Assembly (NCBI GenBank): GCA_009841265.1
Contig: VXMB01000009.1
Coordinates: forward strand, 229,911 to 293,910
DNA length: 64,000 nucleotides
Direction: 5' to 3'
Source: Gemmatimonadota bacterium
GTDB lineage: Bacteria > JAAXHH01
In this document: in pieces, positions 58,746 through 64,000 of the stretch
Layout of the letters: each line of letters begins with the position of its first letter
Position numbering within the stretch: the first letter of the stretch is position 1
Notes under the pieces: model-generated
Database searches by the model: none
The model's input: only the letters and a program-made list of their open reading frames with translations
Told to the model about the DNA's origin: nothing
Position numbers and translations under genes: made by a program

Positions 58746-59747
58746 TCAAGCAGAATCTCCCTTGAGAAAACGGTCGAACCAGTCCACCATCCACTCGAAG
58801 TACTCGAACCGGAAGACGTGGTTGCCATCGGGCTGGTAAACGCGGAAGTGGTCGCCGGCGCCGGCGTCGCGGTATACCGGCGCCACCGTGCGAATGAGCG
58901 CGTCGACCCCGGACTTCGGCATGTCCTCGTCCGACGTGGGGGCCACCATCATGAAGGGACGCGGCGCGATGCAGTGCGCGACGATCTCGGGATGGTCGAA
59001 GTAGCGGAGCATGTGGGGCACGTAGAAGTAGGCGCTGTGGCGGTACAGGTCGCCTCCCTGAATGACGCTTTCCATCTGTCCCACGCCGCCGCAGATGGGC
59101 ACACCGGCCGCCAGCCACGGGGCGCAGGCCATGGCGTACCACGTGGCGTTGCCTCCCAGGGACATGCCCGTCAGTCCCACCTTGTTGTGTCCGATCCGGT
59201 CCTGGACCTGGAGCACGCGGACGCCCCTGAGCGCTTCCTCCACGAGGAGTCCCATCTGCGAGATGCCGTAAGCGAGCAGGTGCTTGAGCTCGATGTACCA
59301 GGACTCCTCGATCGTACCCCGGCCGTGGCAACCCTTGGGCGAAATGGCCAGCGTGACGTAGCCCCGCCGTGCAAGCTCCCGGGCCCATCCGTAGAGGGGC
59401 GGCTCGTTCGGACCGTCCTTGAAGTACCGCTCGAGGGCCATGCGCTCGGCCGATCCGCCCGTGCCCGGTACGCAGACCACGCCCGGCAGGTGTTCGGCCG
59501 GGTCGTCCAGGGGCTCGATCAGGATGGCCGGGACCGTCTCTGCGTGGGAATTGGCGTAGGTCAGGTCCGTGAGCCGTATGCCGTCTTCCACCCTGGAATC
59601 GCCCACAGAATAGTCGACCTGCACCGGGATGTCCGCCATGCCGAAGAGTTCGAGCAACTTCTCGCGGATCTTCCCGGGCGGAATCGATTCGGGATAACGG
59701 GGACGCAGCCCCCTGCGGTCATAGGTGGGCTCGAAAGGTTCTTCCAT
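58746..59747 (-). CDS. alpha/beta-hydrolase (dienelactone hydrolase / acetylxylan-esterase-like)
   Basis: 333 aa; nucleophile elbow GMSLGG, downstream D and H. Confidence 0.55.
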   Translation of the reverse strand: MEEPFEPTYDRRGLRPRYPESIPPGKIREKLLELFGMADIPVQVDYSVGDSRVEDGIRLTDLTYANSHAETVPAILIEPLDDPAEHLPGVVCVPGTGGSAERMALERYFKDGPNEPPLYGWARELARRGYVTLAISPKGCHGRGTIEESWYIELKHLLAYGISQMGLLVEEALRGVRVLQVQDRIGHNKVGLTGMSLGGNATWYAMACAPWLAAGVPICGGVGQMESVIQGGDLYRHSAYFYVPHMLRYFDHPEIVAHCIAPRPFMMVAPTSDEDMPKSGVDALIRTVAPVYRDAGAGDHFRVYQPDGNHVFRFEYFEWMVDWFDRFLKGDSA

Positions 59748-59783
59748 GCCGTACCTCAGCGTGGTTTCAGCGGGGCATCATCC

Positions 59784-61247
59784 CTACACGGCGTAGGGCG
59801 GGAACTCGTGCGTGTGGCGCTGGGCGACTTCATTGCTTAAGTCCCCGTCGCGCATGAAGTCTTTCTCCCGGCCCTGGTCCACGATCAGGCCACGCAGCTG
59901 GTCTCGAAGGGTCCGGGCCCTGGGACGATCATCGCTGTACAGGTTCCGGCACTCGAGCGGGTCTTCCTGGAGATCGTAGTACTCGAACTGCCCGGTCCGG
60001 TAATGCCAGATGAGCTTGTCCCCGTGGCCGACCAGGTAGTGGCCGAATTCGAGGTGTTCGGCGTGCAGTCGCTCCCGGTCCAGCCGGTCCGCTTCGCCCC
60101 GCACGAGCGGCATGAGCGAACGGCCGTCCATGCGGCCGGGAGGGGGCAGGCCGCACACGTCGAGCAGCGTCGGCATCAGGTCGGCCAGGCCCACGGTCGT
60201 ATCGGGGTGCCGGACGCCCGCGGGGAGGTCCATCTGCGCGGGGAAATTCAGGACGAAGGGCACGCGGATCGAACCCTCGTACCCGTATGACTTGGCCCAG
60301 TAATGGTGATCGCCCAGCATGTCGCCGTGGTCGCCGACGAAGGCGAAGACGAGGTTGCGCAGCTGGAGCATGCGCCACATGTGATAGGTGAACCGCGTGA
60401 TCTGGGTGTCCACGTGATCGATGCATCCGTAGTAGCCCGCCCGGGCCCGACGGACGTTCTTGAGGGACAGGGGGAGGTATTCCGCTTCCGGGAAGGGGCC
60501 GTGGGCCTTGACGAAGGACATGCGTCCACCTACGTATCGCGACGGATCGCCGATGACCGGATCGGGCAGGTCGGGGTCGTTTGCGTACCGCTCGTAGAAG
60601 AACGCGGGCGGGTCCCAGGGCGGATGGGGCTTGCTGAAGGACACGAAGAGAAAGAAGGGCGTGTCCCGGCCGTGGTCCCGGACGTGCTCGTCCATAACGC
60701 GAATGGCCTGCGTCGCCGTCCAGGTGGTCACGTGGAGTTCCTCGGGAAAGACGCAGGGACGGGCTGTGTACCCGTTGTTGGTCACGCCCGCGTTGAACAG
60801 GCCGAAGTCGCCCCAGCCCTGGTCGGCGAGCCAGTCCAGGTAGTCGTCGCGGTATCCGGAAGACAGGAACCGGCCTTCCTCGTGGGCGATGATACGGTCG
60901 AAGCCGTAGGGCTCGTCCTGGGGAAAGACATGTCTTTTCCCGATACAGTAGGTCTTGTATCCACTGCGCTGGAAAACCCGGCAGAGCGTGTCCGGCTCGT
61001 CCCACGGCGCCATGTCGTCGAAACCGACCATGCCGTGGGTGACCGGCCACTGGCCGCTGAAGAGCGTCCGGCGGGCGCCCACGCAGGAGGGGACCTCCGA
61101 GACCGCGCGGGGGAAGTAGTGTCCGGTATGGGCGAGGGCGTCGATGCCGGGCGTGTGGACCACGGGGTGGCCCGCGATACCCAGGGTGTCGCCGCGAAGC
61201 TGGTCGGCGCAGATGAGGACGACGTTGGGGCGGCTGCTTCGTTTCAT
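59784..61247 (-). CDS. sulfatase-family (alkaline-phosphatase superfamily) hydrolase with non-canonical CVGAR active-site motif
   Basis: ORF to 61439, but the ATG at 61247 (MKRSSRPNVVLICADQLRGD) avoids overlap with the PhyH gene; aligns with arylsulfatase N-termini; the CxPxR position reads SCVGARRTLFSG. Confidence 0.55.
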   Translation of the reverse strand: MKRSSRPNVVLICADQLRGDTLGIAGHPVVHTPGIDALAHTGHYFPRAVSEVPSCVGARRTLFSGQWPVTHGMVGFDDMAPWDEPDTLCRVFQRSGYKTYCIGKRHVFPQDEPYGFDRIIAHEEGRFLSSGYRDDYLDWLADQGWGDFGLFNAGVTNNGYTARPCVFPEELHVTTWTATQAIRVMDEHVRDHGRDTPFFLFVSFSKPHPPWDPPAFFYERYANDPDLPDPVIGDPSRYVGGRMSFVKAHGPFPEAEYLPLSLKNVRRARAGYYGCIDHVDTQITRFTYHMWRMLQLRNLVFAFVGDHGDMLGDHHYWAKSYGYEGSIRVPFVLNFPAQMDLPAGVRHPDTTVGLADLMPTLLDVCGLPPPGRMDGRSLMPLVRGEADRLDRERLHAEHLEFGHYLVGHGDKLIWHYRTGQFEYYDLQEDPLECRNLYSDDRPRARTLRDQLRGLIVDQGREKDFMRDGDLSNEVAQRHTHEFPPYAV

Positions 61248-61255
61248 GGATTCCT

Positions 61256-62086
61256 TTAGGACGGAAGTACCTGCTGCCCGATGACGATGTGGTGGAACAG
61301 GGGCCTGGTGCGTTCGGGCAGCGCTTCGTATTGCTCCGGGGTTAGCGGCACGACGTCGTCCGGCCGGAATCCCCGGTTGGCCGCATCGCGTTCGAAGTCC
61401 GACAGGCCGGGTATAATCGGATTGAGGTTGAACCACCACGCCGCGTAACGGGCGATGATCGCCATGCGGGTCTCGTCGCTGTGGTTATGTCCGTTGATAT
61501 GCCAGGTTCGGCTGTCGAAGAGCAGTACGCTCCCCGGCTTCCCTTCGGCCCGGATTTCCGACGGATGCGTCGTTCCTGGCACCAGGCTGCTGTCGCCCGT
61601 CGGGTTATTGCTCGCCTTGTGGCTTCCGGGCACCAGTACCGTGCCGCCGTTCTCCCGGGTAAAGGGCGTGAGCATCCAGAGGCTGGTCAGCAGCAGTGGC
61701 GCGTCCGGATAGGGCGCCGGGATGCGATAGTCGTAGCTCTGCCCGAAGGGCCAGTCCGAGTGCAGGCCCCCGCCCGGTTCGTCCGTCCGGGGAAATCCGG
61801 GGTGGAGAATGACGCCCGTGGTCATGGATATACGGACGTGCATGCCGAAAAACGCTTCGGCGACCCCCATGATTCGATCGTCGGACAGATACGGGGCGAT
61901 CGCCGGATCGTAGGCGATGATCCCGCGAACGGCATGCCGACCGTTTTCCAGATCCTCGGGCCGGCCATCCGCCGTGGCGACCAGGCTGTCGCGGACCTTC
62001 ACCACTTCATCGGGGGGTATCACACCGTCTACGACGCACCAGCCCTCGATCTTGATACGCTTGACCAGGTCTTCGAAGGTTGACAT
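61256..62086 (-). CDS. phytanoyl-CoA dioxygenase (PhyH) family oxygenase
   Basis: 276 aa; second PhyH paralog; HSDWPFG and H in C-terminal strand. Confidence 0.65.
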   Translation of the reverse strand: MSTFEDLVKRIKIEGWCVVDGVIPPDEVVKVRDSLVATADGRPEDLENGRHAVRGIIAYDPAIAPYLSDDRIMGVAEAFFGMHVRISMTTGVILHPGFPRTDEPGGGLHSDWPFGQSYDYRIPAPYPDAPLLLTSLWMLTPFTRENGGTVLVPGSHKASNNPTGDSSLVPGTTHPSEIRAEGKPGSVLLFDSRTWHINGHNHSDETRMAIIARYAAWWFNLNPIIPGLSDFERDAANRGFRPDDVVPLTPEQYEALPERTRPLFHHIVIGQQVLPS

Positions 62087-62227
62087 GCCCGTTCCTTAAG
62101 CTTAGAGTTTATTCAGTGTATCGATTGAGGTGGTTTCTGAAGCTGAACTGCGATTAAAGATCGATATTCAAAACCGGCCATTTTGTAAAGGCGATTCTCG
62201 CCAAAGGTAACACCGTAAGGAGTTGAT

Positions 62228-63193
62228 ATGGTTTCGTACCGCCCCCTCGGCCGAACCGGTTTGAAAGTTTCTACGCTGAGTATGGGATCCGGCGGTTTCA
62301 ACCGGCTGGGGCAGACCAGCGATCCTCCGCTGACCGAACCGGAGATGCACCGGCTGGTGCACGGGGTCCTGGACCTGGGCATCAATCTCTTCGATACGTC
62401 TCCCGGCTACCTTGAAGCCGAGGCGATCCTCGGGCGGGCCTTTCGAAGCATTCCGCGAGATCGGTACTACGTCGCCACACGGGTTGTACTCTCGCAGTTC
62501 GACGAGGAAAGCGGGCCGAACCTGAAGACACCGGCGCACATCACGGAATCCATCGAGACCAGCCTTCGCCGCCTGGGGGTTGACGAGATCGACGTGGCAC
62601 TGATCGCCGCGACGGAAAAAGCCGACTTCGATTACATGATCAACGAGTTGTTCCCCGTGCTCGAACGACTGTGCCGACAGGGCAAGATACGTTTCCTCGG
62701 ATCCAGCGAAACCGCGTTGACAGACGGCGCCCATGCCTGGTTGCAGGCTGCGGTGCCCACCGGAACGCTGGACGTCATCATGATCGCCTACAGCATGCTC
62801 AACCAGTCGGCCCGCCATACGGTCTTTCCCTACTGCATAGAGCACGATGTCGGCGTCATGAACATCTTCTCGGTGCGTAACATCTTCAAGAACCCGGCGC
62901 GGCTTGCCGAGACGATCGAAGACCTGCAGCGGCAGGAACTGCTGGACGAGTCCATCGACCCCCATTCCCCGTACGACTTCCTGCTCGAAGATGCCGATAT
63001 CGCATCGCTGGTCGAAGCGGCCTACCGTTTCGTCGTCTACACCGAGGGCGTCACCACCGCCGTCTGCAGTGCGGTGACCCTGGACAAGATCGAGCAGAAC
63101 ATCCGCAGCATCGCCAGGGGACCGCTTCCCGAAATGCAAGTGAAGCGCGTACAGCGGCTCTTCGGCCACATCAGCGAACCCGTCGGGAACTAG
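62228..63193 (+). CDS. aldo/keto reductase
   Basis: 321 aa; YRPLGRTGLKVSTLSMGSG, DTSPGY and AKR C-terminal patterns. Confidence 0.75.
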   Translation: MVSYRPLGRTGLKVSTLSMGSGGFNRLGQTSDPPLTEPEMHRLVHGVLDLGINLFDTSPGYLEAEAILGRAFRSIPRDRYYVATRVVLSQFDEESGPNLKTPAHITESIETSLRRLGVDEIDVALIAATEKADFDYMINELFPVLERLCRQGKIRFLGSSETALTDGAHAWLQAAVPTGTLDVIMIAYSMLNQSARHTVFPYCIEHDVGVMNIFSVRNIFKNPARLAETIEDLQRQELLDESIDPHSPYDFLLEDADIASLVEAAYRFVVYTEGVTTAVCSAVTLDKIEQNIRSIARGPLPEMQVKRVQRLFGHISEPVGN

Positions 63194-63244
63194 TGGCCGC
63201 CGTGATTTCATGGCTGGACTGGCCGGCGCGACCGGCCTGGCTGG

Positions 63245-63559
63245 TCACGACGAAGATTCGTCTCTCAACTTCCGTTCGACGCTCTCGATCTTCTCTTCAA
63301 TGGTCTGCGCACGGTCGGTTCGCGTACCCAGCCGGATGGTCGTGGAAATCCGCGGAGCGCCCATTTCGTGCACCGTCTCGTGGCATTGCTTCACGGCCTC
63401 GAAGACTTCTTCCCACTCTCCTTCGATATTGGTCCCGTAAGCGTGCATGAACGTCTTCAACCCCGCCTTTCTCAGGACTCTTTCACAGGCCGTAACGTAC
63501 GCTGAAACCGATACCCCGACTCCGATAGGCACCACGCACAGATCGACGATGACTTTCAT
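63245..63559 (-). CDS. MTH1187/YkoF-family (DUF77) small protein
   Basis: ATG at 63559 (MKVIVDLCVVPIG...), ferredoxin-like ~100 aa. Confidence 0.55.
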   Translation of the reverse strand: MKVIVDLCVVPIGVGVSVSAYVTACERVLRKAGLKTFMHAYGTNIEGEWEEVFEAVKQCHETVHEMGAPRISTTIRLGTRTDRAQTIEEKIESVERKLRDESSS

Positions 63560-63592
63560 AGCGTCCTCTCTCTGGTTCACTTCACCCGCGGT

Positions 63593-64000
63593 TCAGTTTA
63601 CCCGCGGTTCAAGGATCTCCCTGAGTCGTGCGGCCACCAGGGCATCCTCGCCGGGCTCCATCATATAGGGCATGATGGACAGGCCGTCGCCCCCGCCCAT
63701 TTCGACGCGGGGTTCGCCTTCGGACAACAGGCGCACGACTTCGTCCGGCTCGATGCCGATTTCCGAGGTCTCCCAGTTCATGTGCAAGACCGGCGCGACG
63801 TTGGACCGGCCCGGTAGCCGGATCGACGTCCGCATGGACGGGAGCGCCCCGACCGCATCGTTCACGGTCTGGAGGTATCCTTCCCATTCCTTCCATTCCG
63901 CTTCGTGATCTCTCTGAACCCACTGCTCCACGGCGGCCAGCAGTCCCATGATCTCCTCTTTCCCCGCCTTCATGGGACGCGCGATGGAATGATGCGGGGC
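63593..64000 (-). CDS. hypothetical protein, probably 5'-truncated by the window edge
   Basis: ORF continues in frame to the end of the window; no motif recognised. Confidence 0.3.
   Translation of the reverse strand, partial: APHHSIARPMKAGKEEIMGLLAAVEQWVQRDHEAEWKEWEGYLQTVNDAVGALPSMRTSIRLPGRSNVAPVLHMNWETSEIGIEPDEVVRLLSEGEPRVEMGGGDGLSIMPYMMEPGEDALVAARLREILEPRVN

Noticed and set aside
61248-61439. Extended N-terminus of the sulfatase-family ORF
   Set aside because: The extension overlaps the PhyH gene by 184 nt and is Arg/Pro/Ala-rich. The ATG at 61247 starts right at the conserved sulfatase N-terminal region.

Overview
64 kb high-GC (roughly mid-60s % by eye) bacterial chromosomal segment, densely coding on both strands. 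Because of the GC bias, many of the six-frame ORFs are antisense or alternate-frame artefacts. Region 1-17.6 kb carries ordinary housekeeping and metabolic genes: a secreted M1-type zinc peptidase, signal peptidase I, a BI-1/YccA membrane protein, an arylamine N-acetyltransferase, a family III CoA-transferase, an arginase-family enzyme, tRNA-Trp, heme A synthase, a PhyH dioxygenase / MR-MLE enolase / epimerase / SDR block, an NHL-repeat protein and a Na+:solute symporter. Region 17.7-32.7 kb is a complete NHLP-leader (nitrile-hydratase-leader-type) TOMM/RiPP biosynthesis and export cluster. It comprises an 83-aa precursor whose predicted core is only LCCCW, a fused E1-like/YcaO heterocyclase, an unusual AlkB-like membrane di-iron hydroxylase fused to a GlnE-like nucleotidyltransferase domain, an NHLP-leader-like domain fused to an alpha/alpha-toroid (prenyltransferase/terpene-cyclase-like) domain, a tryptophan-halogenase-family flavoprotein, and the NHLM-type HlyD + C39-peptidase ABC + second ABC export trio. 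This is the most likely undescribed system in the window. Region 32.8-48.2 kb is a defense island on the same strand: a DUF499-type P-loop ATPase, a DUF1156-type N6/N4 DNA methyltransferase and an HTH-SNF2/DEAH helicase (BREX-like/Hma-like triad) into which two other modules are nested (SMC-like AAA ATPase + small Toprim-like partner; low-GC TIR-STAND NTPase + small ORF). Region 48.4-64 kb returns to metabolism: a PatB/MalY C-S lyase, a large NHL-repeat protein, two more MR/MLE enolases, Gfo/Idh/MocA, DoxX, a fatty-acid desaturase, a sulfatase-family protein, a second PhyH, an AKR and an MTH1187/YkoF protein. No integrase, transposase, CRISPR array or rRNA was seen.
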